64,000 nucleotides of DNA from Kudoa neothunni (Eukaryota > Animalia > Cnidaria). The notes beneath the pieces were generated by a model. It saw only the letters and a program-made list of their open reading frames with translations, made no database searches and was not told the DNA's origin. Shown one piece after another: positions 1-13,159 of the stretch. The DNA lies in the NCBI GenBank assembly GCA_964304625.1, contig OZ199839.1:11252847-11316846 (forward strand), written 5' to 3'. Each line of letters begins with the position of its first letter. The stretch's first letter is position 1. A program made the position numbers and the translations under genes.

Positions 1-2620
1 ATGGTTTGACTGTATTTTCTGCAAGCACAAAATATGTGGAGATTTTCCATGGAGATAATCAAGATTTGGTTGCCGCGAAAACCAATGACGGAAATGTATA
101 TGGATTTCAGCCGCGTAAATACATTGGCATAGATTAATAATAATGTTATTATTAGAATTGTTGGTGGATCCAATTGTGAAAGTATCTAATTCAAATAATC
201 AATTAAAATTTGTCACAAAAACATGCCCAGCTGTTAACTGTCCCGTTTATCATAACAACGTGAAGTATGAGGATGGCACAGCAGCGCCTGGCGGATGCAT
301 GTCGGAGAGCGCGGGTAGCGAGGTTGAATTCGATATGTTTATTGTTGATTACGAAATACAATGCGAAGAATATCCAAGCTTCTTCTATTATTTACACAAT
401 AAATACACGTTAGAGAATACCGAGTTTTTTAAGCCACACTATTACGTGAGTTACAAGCAGACTGAGCGTAACAAACTAATTCTGAAGTTTAACAAAATAT
501 TTTCCTCTGATATATGTCTTTTCAGTGTTAAACATGGGGAAACTGCAATAACGGCACATTCATCTAACGATTACGAATCGAAATGCGGTGGTACTAGTGA
601 TGAGAGTTGTTATGCACCATGTAAAAATGTTGTATTGAACATAGCGAGTTTTAAACCATTCGTCGAAATACTGATTCAAACCAGGTATCACTCTTTAGTT
701 AAAGATGAACGGAAGTCTTCTAACTTTTACGAAGGATATGTATCGAAAAAATTCGGTATTATTAATTACATTAACTAGTTTTAATAACTGTTCACTTAGC
801 CGTTGCTGGAGCTGACGATGGCACCGATGATTTAGTGAGAAATGAAGTGGCTGAAGGTTTTGAACTAAATGTACCTTTGTTTAAACCATTATGGTCCGTT
901 AATCCTAAATTTGGAACTTGTGTGGTCAAATACTATGAAGCAAACAAGTTAAACCCTGATAAAATTAGAGCTCAGTGTGGAGCGTCACCAGCTAATTGCG
1001 TTACTGATTGTGAGGATCCGTTAGCTATAAAAACAACTAACAGAAGGAAAATCATATATATTTGAAATAGAGACAGATGGCACAGGTAGTTTGCCTGATC
1101 AATTCTATGAGAAGATATTCTATAGATGGTGTAATTATTTTAAAGTTTGATCAATAGATTAATTCTTTTATCACAAGCGGAACAATCGATTACTGCTAGT
1201 ATAAGTAAAACGGCAACACAAAGGGGTATAAATCTAGCTGCCTCTTCTGGTGCTCCTATAACAAAGACAAGCGTTAAATGTGCCATATATATAAGTCGAG
1301 CTGAAGAGGACACATATAGACTTGCCACGTGTGGTACACATCCCTGCATAGGTTTTCTCGAACAAGAATTTGGGATCACTGAATTAATTCCTGGAAACCC
1401 ATATAAAATTAAAATTTTCCCTGAAAACCAGTTCGAGATAACAGATGTCGCTTCCACTGAAACTGGTACTTTAATTTTATTCTTATGAGTAAAATAAGTG
1501 TACGAATAGAATATTACACAATTAGTCTCGCTAAGACAGCCGTTGAAGGGGGGTTTACTTTGGCTGCTACTTTCCAACCGAATGACGCATATAGCAGCAA
1601 GGCGCTCTGCTATTACGACATTAAAGTTAAACTAGCAGGTGGAAACAAATTATTATATAAGTGTCCATCACCATTCGTACAAACTGATGATTTAAAAGAC
1701 GAACCCATTACTCCTCCTACCTCGGAAGTAGAAACCCTTGATAACCTACTTGATGTGAAAGCTGCGTCATTATATTCTGCAGAGCCATGCGATTCACCAT
1801 CACTCTGCTCTAATATACCATTTATAGACTTTTATGATTATCTGTACGATTATCAAGTAACTGTTACTGGGTTCCTTATGTCTCAAGCGACACAAATCGA
1901 TATTCCGAAAGGTACCCTTTTTGAGATCGTGTTAGCATTTTATAAATAAATTTTATATTCGTATTTTGGATAAATTATATAAAATTAGAAGCAACTATTA
2001 CTGTCGCTACCACCCCAGATAAGATTATTACAGTAACATTAAGACGTGAAACTAGTAAGCTGTTAGTCACGTCCGTGCTTCCGGCGATTTCTATTGGCGA
2101 AAAGAAATGCAAATGGGAACTACGAATCTTAACCACTGATTCCCATAAACTACTTGATCGAAAATGTTTAGGTATAGCTGGAAGTGACTGTACGGAGCTT
2201 CCAACATGCACATCATTTGAAATTGGATCCATCAATGATTACAGTTATGAGTTAACTGTTTACTTGAGTGACGACCATACCACCAACGGTGTCACTTCAC
2301 TGGTAAAAGGTACCAAATATTTATCAGTTAAAGTGATAAAATTATGGTTAATGCAGAAAATAATGACCCGGGCGTAGTTCAAGGGGACGAAGATGGCACT
2401 GGAACCGGATCAACTGAAAAAGCGAAGTATTTATTTGTATGGTTTACTTCGTTTTTAAAGTGTTCGTAGATGGAAAACGCCTGTGTAATAATTATGAGGT
2501 CTGTTTTTGATATAATGAGTATTTAGAATAATCACGTTGGTGGTAGTGGGGTTAGGCATAATTGGCGTCGTTGTTTTTGTTGTGGTGCGCGCAAAGAATA
2601 ACAAAAGAAGGAATATTTAG
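1..2620 (+). CDS. Type-I membrane surface protein, Cys-stapled FN3-like repeat family, copy A (5' end outside window)
   Basis: GT-AG introns at 115-155, 756-799, 1131-1177, 1466-1509, 1912-1988, 2310-2356, 2427-2469 and 2485-2526 join the ORF fragments into one frame. 15-nt microexon 2470-2484 (WKTPV), then TM IITLVVVGLGIIGVVVFVVV and basic tail RAKNNKRRNI*. One extra A in the run at 1029-1033 breaks the frame relative to copy B. FN3-like signature ITELIPGNPYKIKI. Confidence 0.85.
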
Positions 2621-2980
2621 CTTCTTTCACATCATCTCATAGGTTAAAAATTCGTCTAAATAAACTACATGATTATTATTATTTTATCGTTACCGAATTT
2701 GTTTTTTTCAAAGATTGACCGCGCTAAGTCTAGTAATATTCAAATGAATTATATTAACTGTAAGTATAAAATTATACATAATTCTGTGTATGACAACTAT
2801 AGAAACATCACAAGAAAATGTCTTAGTAATATTAAGTTTATACAAATTAGATTGTTTAATTGTAGAAATAAGAATTTTATACAAATATATAGATGACTTG
2901 AATAATTTTATTGAATTACATTTTTTGTAAAAAGTATTTTAAATTATAGTTATTATTATTTTTACAGAATAAAATTTTAA

Positions 2981-3700
2981 CACTTACGGGGCAGAGTGGG
3001 ATGCCTGGGGAGCCAAAAAGTATATTCATTAATTTTAATTATTAAATTAGCTTTTTGTATTATGTGTAATCTTCCAACAAGATTAGAATTTGTCCTTTAT
3101 AAAATTTATATTGTTATTAATTGAAAAATATAATTAAATATGACACTTTTAAATAATAATTTTAATTATTTTTGATTCCTATCAATTCCCTGAGATTCAA
3201 TATACATCATAAACATATTTAGGCTATATTCTAAATCATTTCAAAAATTAAAGCTGAATATAGCCAACAGTGTTTTATTTTGAACTCTCCACGACAAAAT
3301 CAGATGAATTACAGGATTATTCAGAGATTATTCAAGAAGTTTAGCGAGTAATACGCTAATAACTTGGTTTTGTAATTATCTACGATTTATAACTAGATTT
3401 TCCGAAAACTTTTAAAAATCCTTTAAAAAGAAATTTTTTACGAAGAAGATTTAAATGATAATATCTATGATTTCATCAGTGGAGGATTTTTGTTGAATGT
3501 GACAGAATTTGATGGTCATTTTTCAAATGAATCAAATCTTATGTATATGTCGAAAACCATGTAGATATAGATAGCTAAGAAATTAATGATGACGAAACTA
3601 ACAAAATGTCAAGGAAAGTGCCTATGTTTAAATCCTTTTTTTAATTGAGACTATGTGTACATCAAAAAAGTGTGAATAATTCACAAGTTTGTTACTGTCG
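2981..3700. mobile_element. Degenerate piggyBac-like end/remnant
   Basis: TTAA followed by cacttacggggc, resembling the reverse complement of the end of element 31641-32564. Right boundary uncertain. Confidence 0.3.
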
Positions 3701-3719
3701 AGTCTGACTCTATAACGAT

Positions 3720-4450
3720 AAAAAATTGTGTTTGATATATTTCCTCTGCGTTCATGTTCTACTTTCCTAATTTTGTGCTACAAAAAGCCTATTTTTCAAT
3801 AAAAATCACGGCAATCTACTGATTACTATAAAAATATAAGCACAGTAGCAATGACGGAATTAAATAGCTTTTCTCTGAATTTTAATTGCGCCAGGTCTTT
3901 TTTGTGGATCTAGGCTACTGATGTAAAACATTTGGTAAATGCATCCTTTATTTTAACAGCCGTACTTTCAACTGCAATTTTAAGAGCCCGACTACTCATG
4001 CTTATTTACCGAATCATTCGTTTTCGATAATAGGTCAACAAGAGAATCAAGAGTTAAAAATTCCCAATATAAATTTGATTAAACTATTTAGGAATCTGAA
4101 AAATATAATTCATCCAATTTACATATAACAATTTACGAATTATGAAGGAATGGTAAGATTCCATGTTAGATGTACTTTTCATGAAATTATGAGTTTCCGC
4201 GGACGTAAATACCTCATACTTCTTGAAAGTTTAACTATGTGGAGGAGAAATCGATAAGATTAAAAATGCAAGCAATATGAGAAGGTTGTAAAAGATCTCG
4301 TGAGTCCTCATTTTATGACACTGGACGAGGATACGTCATCGATAACTTTCTCAGCTCGGTTCCTTCAGCATTATTCTTGTCAGGAAAAAATATTACGATT
4401 ATTTTGAAACTGAGAAAAAATAACTAATTATAACAAAAATTCTTCGAAAC
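3720..4450 (+). pseudogene. Possible highly decayed hAT transposase remnant
   Basis: Broken fragments resembling the hAT FS..LDESTD motif (around 3895-3945, ...VD/ATDVKHL...). Many stops and frameshifts. Confidence 0.25.
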
Positions 4451-4550
4451 AACACCAACCAAAATGAGCTATCTTCAATTTTTTTTGGATTCTCACATTA
4501 CCTGATGACAATAGTATCATATATTCCAAATCAGAATGATGATGCTATTA

Positions 4551-5210
4551 CAGTAGTTAACCGATAATACATAATCCCCTAGAGGCCATCAAAAAAAGTG
4601 CGTATTAAACATTGCAACTGATAATACGCATTGTGGATGCGTGCGCATTTATGTTTTATTTATTTAAATAGAATAACAAATAAACATTATTAAGATTATT
4701 TGACTGAAAAATAATATATCCTTTTACACCGTGATAAAATTTTGTGAATGGCCAGTTCTAAAAAATTATAAATACTATATTTTATTTCTTGTTCATCATT
4801 TAAGGCAATAAGAAAATTTTATTTTTACTTTTACTTTAAAATCTGTATTTATGTGCTGCTATAACATACTTTAATTGACATCTAGCATCGTCTTGAAATA
4901 AAATTTATTCTATTTTCATTTTCATTTTGATGGGAATGATCATTATTTGATAGATATCTCAAAAAAATTTTTCTATTCGTTCAAAAATTCAACCGTCAGA
5001 ATTAAAATTCTCCCCTCGTTTTCAACAAAAACAATTTAATCTACGTGGCTTGGCCAAAAAAGTACTTATATACGTTAGTCACGTGATAAAATAGATTGGA
5101 AATTACCTAGTTTAATTCAAAAATATACAACGTTTCATCTAACATAAACTTTAAATACGTCGTATCGAGGAAAATATATATTATCGGATGTGCGTAATAT
5201 CGATCGAATT
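4551..5210 (+). mobile_element. pogo/Tigger-type non-autonomous element (MITE family 1), copy 1
   Basis: TA|CAGTAGTTAACCGATAATAC terminus. The interior is the reverse complement of 24323-25042 (e.g. aaaattcaaccgtcagaattaaaatt, ctacgtgg, gtcacgtga). Right end degenerate. Confidence 0.75.
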
Positions 5211-7610
5211 TCATAATAGCTTGAATGAATAGTAAAGGGGACAAATTTCTGCGTTGAAATATTTGATAGATTAAAAATAGATCCTAATCGTATGTAACAA
5301 CGTTTAAAACATTTTCCACTATTATTGGCATTAGTTGTAAAAATCTTTTCTTAAAATGGTGTAAAAACGTCAACCACAAGATCAAGTGCGAATCCCAGTT
5401 AAAAATCAATAGCCTGAAGAAAGGTAATATTACGTTGTAAATCATATTCTATTATTGTAGTATCGTTAATATATTCTAAAATGAATATTCATTTATACGA
5501 AGATATGAGGCGAACATTTCACGGACTGAATCGTGACCAGACAAATATATTGTAAATTTTGTACGTTGTGTAAAATTTTTAGAAATATTTTGAGAAAAGG
5601 AGCAATAATATATATTAGAATACTTCGCGTTAAAGTTCGTTAGTTTAAATCAAAGTTATAATACAAAATTCGAATTCCGCCTAGCCCGGCGTATTTTGGT
5701 TAATCCGCCACTCGATCAATTCTCCTATTAAATTTGAAATTTTATGACTTGCAATAGTAATATATATTTTATGACAAGGTTTAAAAAATAAAGATTAAAT
5801 AAAGGATTTTAATTTCAAGGGTGCTTTAATTGGCCTCATTTTTCCGTATTCGTGAACGTCATGGAATTAATCTTTTACGGTGCTGGAGTGTTATTATTAT
5901 TATTGTTGTATCTATCTTTTGTGCTAAGCGAAAGAAATCTTTTTTAAATACACTTAGTGACTATTAATTATCGTTTATTTGTAATATTATCAATATTTCG
6001 ACTCGGTGATCTCGACTATATATATATATTTAATCATAAATTGAAAAATAACTTCTTTTAGGATAAGACAATATAAAATAAAAGTAGAAAAATTGTAATT
6101 TTTTAATTTGATAAAGATAAATTAAAAGTTATGGTTTAAAGAATTTAACGGCTGTTCACTTTACACGGAATATATAGATATCTTGAATCTTAATATTTTT
6201 TAACTTATCAGTTAACAGAATTTAGAGAAAAACATTGTTAATGCTCAGAAAATTGAAATGCTGCGTTTCTAGAGATATTGACTAATAATTGTGAAATCTT
6301 CTGAAAAACAGTCTTTCATTTCCGAGATTTTGTTAAATATGGAATTCAATTATAACAAACACAAAAACTTAATTCCTATCGATAATAAAATATATTAATA
6401 TTAAAAATAATCAGCGTCTATATAAATATAAAATAAACATTTTTAATGGAATAAAAATATCAAAATATATATATTCTTTAATTGTGTTTCAATCAGTTTG
6501 ATAAACCAATTTATAAATAAAAAATATAAGAATTTTTTACTGTGGAAACGCCACATTCTTTAAAATTAAAATTTAATATCCGGGATTGTATCGTATTATA
6601 AGGAAATTCTTTTCTAGTCGTTTATTTGTAAATAATGATGAATCTTAAAAAGAATGAGATCTATGTGAGACCGCATTATCCTGAGTATAGTGATCAACGC
6701 AATTGGATTGTCTCCGAAAATTTAAAACTGTAATTTTTCGGAGAATTCAACTATTCGGTAACCATGAATTAAAATTAATTAACAAATTTCTGGGAATGTC
6801 TTTAATTAGTAATGGTAACAATCGTAGCATTCAACTTGATTAGTCTTGTTATTTTGTTATATTTACGGCTCCTAACTTTGGTGCGAAAAAACCTCATCTT
6901 CAATGTACACTCCACCTCCAACATACAATGTTTTTCTTTACAATTTTTGTTCGCTTATCGATTTTGATACGAATTCAAAAGATTAATACAGTTGAACTTT
7001 GAATTAATCTTCAACAGTTTCCTATGGTTTATTGGGGTCATTAGTCATGAATCCCTTAAGCATCAGTGTTGCTAAAATTAAGATTTACGATGATAGAAAG
7101 AATTCAATTAATTTTTCAATGACGACTCTATTCGGTCATGTTATATCGATCAAATCATCCAACGTATATATTGATACTTCTAATAGATTTTTATAAGAGA
7201 TGAGGGTAATAAGCATTCTTATGAATTTAAACCTATAAAGAACACATACATAATATTCTACAAAAATAACAATGAAGATATTTAGTTATAAAAATGTTTC
7301 CCATGGTACCAAATATCCTAAGTAATCACATATTTTGTGGTTAAGTCCATAATTTAATATTAATGTAAAACCTTAATGAGGTGTAAGCAACAGTGATAGA
7401 TACGTTTCGGAAATTTTTTAAAAATATACATTAAACGACCGATCCAGTAGAGTTTACTTGGCTATTTATTCGTCTATATAAGGTATATATTATATATTGA
7501 AGCGTAAAAAAATGTCTCAATTTTAGATTAATTATACCGAAAATTAATTATTTTTATAATTTATGTGATTAAAAATCGAAAATTAATTACGCAGGAGTTG
7601 GCTTTTGGCA

Positions 7611-10600
7611 ATGAATTATTTATCTGGAATCTTTTTAATCCTATGTTGTAAATTTGAATAGCATAAATAGATTTGTGTATGTGTCATAGGGGCGACAAAG
7701 TTAAATGTTTTAGAGATTAACAGACAAGAAGCTCACGTAGCTACCTACAGAATCTCTAGAAAACCTAATGTGATGCCAAGAATTTATTTTGCGTTGTATG
7801 GCTCCGAATACGATGGAAAATATTGCAATATCGAGATACGAAATGAAATTAGTAATATGTATGAGATGATTAGGCCATGCTCGAGGTCTGGCGAAAAAAT
7901 AAAAACAAAATGCATCAGGCTGTGTACAACTGAATTCTTCACTGATTTCCCAAAATTTTCGCCAAGATCAAAATATGTTTCAGTTTTCACCGGATCAAAT
8001 AAAAAACAAGTTGCAGATTTATCCAATTCAGGAAAGGTATATGGATTCCAAAAACGTAATTAAATTTTCCGAAATTACCATTTAATTAAACAATAATAGC
8101 ATTGTTGGTGGACCCATATGTGATAATGTCAGTGATAGGTAATAGTATCAGATTTAAAACAAGTACATGTCCACCTGTCGACTGTCCCATACATCATGAT
8201 GCTTTGTTACTTGCAAGGGGCACAGCCACAATTGGCGACTGTAAATCTTTTAATTCTGATAACTCGGTTGAGTTTGATTTGTACTTGTATGCCTATGAAA
8301 TGAAATGTCATAATTATCCAACTTTTTATTATCATCTAAGAAATCATTACACATTAAAGAGATCTGAGTTCAATGAACCTCAGTACTACGTAAGTTACAG
8401 ACCGCCAGACAAAACCAAGCTATTACTAAAATTCCAAAAAATATTTTCCTCTGATATATGCCTTTACAATGTGAGAGATGCTGAATTGGAAATATCAGCA
8501 ACATCAGAAAACGACTATGAATCAAATTGTGGTGGCGGTATGGATCATAAATGCTATGCACCGTGTACGCACGTATGGTTGAAGATGAAACAACCAAAGC
8601 ACTTCGTTGAAATATTAATTCAGACCAGACATCATTCTATAATGAAAAATATAAGTAACCCCTCTCAATTATATGAAGGATATGTGACTAAAAAATTTGG
8701 TATTGTTCAACTATTTCTGGTTTCGTTAATATTCGCTTAGCTGTTGCTGAGACTGGTTATAGAGATAATTTGTTGCAAAATAAAGTTTTGGGTGGGATTA
8801 CCTTAAATTTGCTGCTATTTATAGAAAAATCATTATCCCCACAATTCTCAATGTGTGATGTCAAATTTTATGAGGCTAACAAAGTGGAACCAGTATTTGG
8901 CTCTTATTGTGCATGGGGAAGTTCTAACTGCATTAGCCTATGCGATTTGAAATTAAATATAACTGGCCTTTCCTATGGAAAATCATATATATTGGAAATC
9001 GAAACAGGTGATTCAGACGGATTACTTACTTGGTTCAAGGAGAGAATATTTTTTAGAGCAGGTAAGTTAATAAAATATGATTTATACATTAATTTTTTTT
9101 GAAAAAGTGGGACTACCATTTACTCTTCCCATAAATTTATATCCAAGCAGAAGATATATAATCGTGAGCATTAATCCAAACAGTGTTCTAGGGATAACAA
9201 GCATCAAGTGTGCTTTGTATATAAGTCGCGCTGATGAGGATTCTTATAGACTTGCCACATGTGGTCTATATCCTTGCATTGGTTTCCTCGGGAAAGAACA
9301 CAATATCACTGAACTCATTCCTGGAACCAACTATGACATTAAGATTGTCCCCGAACACACCTATGAGATAAGAAACATTCTGTCAGTTCAAACTAGTAAT
9401 TAAAATATATTACTGAGAATGAGATAAATAAACGGCTAGAACATTACAATATGGGGGTTTACAAAGCAGCGGTCGAAGGAGGATATAATCTGAGTTTATG
9501 CATCCAGCCAAGAGATGAATACGCCCAGCAAGCCGTCTGTTATTATCAAATTAAAATTAAATTATCCAGTGGAAGCAAATTAATATACAAATGCCCATCA
9601 CCGTTAGTGGTTCCTGGCAGATTAATGGCGAATCTTTCTGCCCAATCTACCTCACTGTTAGAAACACTCGATAATCTTCTTGTTATAAAATCAGCATCAA
9701 TACAAAATTCTTATCCTTGCAATCCATACCAACCCTGTTCTAATATTTCTTTTGTTGACTTTTATGACCCTATGTATCAATATCAAGTAATTGTCACTGG
9801 ATTTCTTTTGACTGATAAGAGAAAAATCAATATTCCGAAAGGTACATATTTCATAGATTAGGATGTTCAATTTTTAATTGTATTTCATAAATTAAAAAAA
9901 TTAGGAATTGCGTTATCCCTCGCTACTTCCCAAGAAAAGATTATTTCTGTAACATTAAATCGTGCGGCAAGTAAGCTTGTAGTCACATCGGTATTACCTC
10001 CAAACGTTGCTTACGATACAAAATGCAAATGGGAACTACGAATATTAAGCTCTGATGGCCACAATATTCTTGATAGAAAATGTTTGGGTATATCGGGAAG
10101 TATGTGTCCCGATCTTCCTCCTTGCAGATCATTTGAAATCACTATCACTACCACTACTGATTATGATTATGAATTAATTGTATATTCGAGTAATGATAAA
10201 TCAATTAATGGTATAGCTGTATTGAAAAAAAGTAACAAATATCAATCTACTATGTGGTTAAAACTTCTGTTGTAGTGAGAGACGTTGTATCAAATGGTGG
10301 TAGAGATGTTGATCAATCGGCGAGTGATGGAGACGTTGACCGATCTGTGAGTGATGGAGACGTTGATCGATCTGTGAGTGATGGAGATGTTGATCGATCT
10401 GTGAGTGATGGAGACGTTGATCGATCGGAGGAAGATGGAGACGTTGATCGATCTGTGAGTGATGGAGATGGTGTTCGATCGGAGGAAGATGGGGATGATG
10501 TTCTTTCGGAGAATAATGGAGTTGATACTCAATCGGAGGATGATGGAGATGAAAATCAGGTGGAGGTTGATGGGGAAGATAATCAATCGGAGGAAGATGA

Positions 10601-10871
10601 AGACAGAGGCTCTTCGGTTAGTGACGAAGAAACAGAAGACACCGGAAAGTCAAAGTATATTGGTTTATACATTTTTGTTCTAAGTTTTTTTAGTTGGAAG
10701 AAGCCGGTGTAATATTTATTTGATTCTTTTTATCATATATGTATATTTAGATTAATAACCTCGTTGTTAGTAGGGTTGTTAACGGTAGGTGTTGTAATTT
10801 TTATCGTGGTGCGCTCAAAAATTAAAAGATCAAATGGAAAATGGCCAATATTACAAAATCCATTAAAATAG
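7611..10871 (+). CDS. Type-I membrane surface protein, Cys-stapled FN3-like repeat family, copy B (complete)
   Basis: Signal-peptide-like exon MNYLSGIFLILC|W. Introns 7648-7689, 8056-8099, about 8700-8740, 9062-9107, 9396-9439, 9842-9904, 10232-10275, 10655-10693 and 10709-10750, at positions matching copy A where both are in the window. 15-nt microexon 10694-10708 (WKKPV), TM LITSLLVGLLTVGVVIFIVV, tail RSKIKRSNGKWPILQNPLK*. Clearly paralogous to copy A (KIFSSDICL, YISRA.ED.YRLATCG, ETLDNLL, KCKWELRIL). Confidence 0.9.
10300..10605 (+). repeat. Coding 27-nt tandem repeat (9-aa unit DGDVDRSVS) forming an acidic stalk
   Basis: Unit gtgagtgatggagacgttgatcgatct is near-perfect in the 5' copies and degenerates toward the 3' end. 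Absent from copy A. Confidence 0.9.
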
Positions 10872-11923
10872 TAATTTTAACAATTAAATTTCTTAGATTA
10901 TTTCTATCCACCTGTTTAAATTTTTTTCTTTGCTAAATAAATGCTAGGTCGCACCGAAAACAAGTTTTTGAGTGTACTCGGTCCTTGCCTAAATTGTGGA
11001 TATCATGAAAACTAGATTTTTTCGAAAAGTAATAAACTAACATAAATTACCTTCAAAGTCTGCCCTAAACTTATTAAAATTCAATATTATTAATTTTCAA
11101 CTTAATCATTTCAGTTTATTATTGTTCTCACGCGTACTTAATAGGATAAAAAAGTGGAAATTTATAAAAAAACTAGGATTCTTACTTCAAAATTAATCTA
11201 TACCTCTCAAAAAATTATTTATCTGAATTAGAGATTTTAAAAGAACGAGTATTATTGCAATCGCGCTTATTTCAAGAAATATGCTGTTGGATGATACATG
11301 ATGCATGTAATGGCATAGTAAATTATTTTTTGATATTTGATTTTCTGTATATATTTAAACTTCGTATGGAAGCTATCACAATGGAAGCCATTGGTCTCTA
11401 AATTCAAATGACGTTAATTTTTTTAGTTCCTTCTCACAGACAGAGATAATTTTTTCGACCGAGTTTAAAGATGAGAATACGATGAAAAGAAAATTAATTT
11501 ATGTTAGAATAAATAAATAAATAAATAATGTTGTTAGATACGTTGAAGTGTTGAATATGTGTTGTTTCGAGAAAAAAGTCTTTCGTTTATATATTTGAAT
11601 ATGCAGGCATGCTCTCTTTCAATGACATTTTTTAAGCTTTCATCAATGACCACCTAAACGTGAATTTTAAATATATCATCCCGTATTAATTTTCTGCAGG
11701 CACAAACTAAATATTTATATTTTATTTTTGGCAGTTTTTACAAAGTCATGGCCATACATTTTAGTTAAACGTTCTCTTTTTTATCTCCTCTATAAATGTT
11801 AGGTTTTTATCTTATGTCCCCAGTTTAAATTCCTAGCCTTTGGCATATTTTGATTTAATTTCTATAGTAGATTCACAGTTTCTTCTCGTAAGAATTTGGA
11901 AATAAGTTTTTATCGTGTAAAAG

Positions 11924-12177
11924 CAGTGTTTCCTAACCTGGGATGCGTGATATCCAGGGGTCCGGTCTACGCACTGATTTTAATGAGTCCGAAAGAACTC
12001 TTCTATCCTTAAACAATTAGTCATTCGAGGATGATCAGCTATAATAAAAGCAGACTTTAAAAACATAATATCGGAGAAGTAATATTACAAATGTACGCTG
12101 TTAATATCCTTAGAGGTTCTTTTTCAGTTATCTCAGTTAACCCGTGGTCCGTGAGCTAAAAGATTTAGGAAACACTG
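11924..12177. mobile_element. hAT (Charlie-like) MITE
   Basis: Perfect 13-bp TIRs CAGTGTTTCCTAA / TTAGGAAACACTG. Flanks gtgtaaaag and gtgtaaag match an 8-bp TSD with one extra A on the left. Confidence 0.85.
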
Positions 12178-13159
12178 GTGTAAAGGAATCTCCGGATAAT
12201 CCCATAAAATGCACTTACACTGAGTGAAATTCCATATTTTTCTTTTATTGTTCCGTCACAATAAATACTGAAGTTAACTTCAGATAGAATATCTAATTTT
12301 TGATCGTTTAAATATCACTACAACGGCCGTTTGATTATAATTTATTGAAAGCATTCCAGAAATACGTTTTATTGAGATTTCTTCAAACGATTTTGCTTGG
12401 ATTTTTATTCTAGTTTCATAGCTAATATTTTCTAATTACATTTAGTTTACTGCTCGCAAAATTTAATATCATACTAAAATTGCGAATCTATAATAAATAC
12501 TAACAATATTGTTTAAATAATAAACAATTTTTGTAGTTTATTTTATATATATTAATAGTGAATAAATGTTTAATAACTTATTCGCTATTAAAGTATTTCG
12601 CTTGACCTAACTTGAATGCAAAAAAATTTAACAATTAATTAAACTCAGGCGGCTTTGTTTGGTGCTCATTTTAACTGACGAATACCAAATTTAAAAATGA
12701 ATCTCAAATTTATTGGGAAAACTCATTATTTGATCGAGAAACCATAGAGTAAAACTAGAAGAATTATTTAATTTTTATTTAGACTGAGGATATTGACACG
12801 GGAAATTTTAATCCTAAGCGTCACATTCGCATGCGCGGTGTGATCTCACCACTCTTGCTTACAATTTAAACACAAATTTAACTTTAAGATTCTGGCATAT
12901 TTTATTATTCCTGGATCTAGAATGCAGAGCGACGACCCATAAATTATTACATATAGTTAAAACTATAACACCTGAATATTATTTACCGCGGGAATAGTCA
13001 TTTTCTTTTATTTAAGAATAACGAGAGATAAAATTCCAACAAGTTTACATACTGATTTATTTTCTATAATCAGCTTGTATTTAATAAATAATTTTATCAA
13101 ATTGAAAAATTTTTAATTTTTTTTTAATTCAAAGAAATTAATTTAATTTTCCGAGCGTC

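Noticed and set aside
1140-1577. Antisense and alternate-frame ORFs (also 1975-2235, 10290-10586, 16748-17074, 53659-53967, 58813-59142)
   Set aside because: Shadows of real exons on the other strand or frame, with no independent support.
10300-10500. Regular repeats that might suggest a CRISPR array
   Set aside because: Head-to-tail 27-nt coding repeats without unique spacers, inside a eukaryotic exon, with no cas genes.
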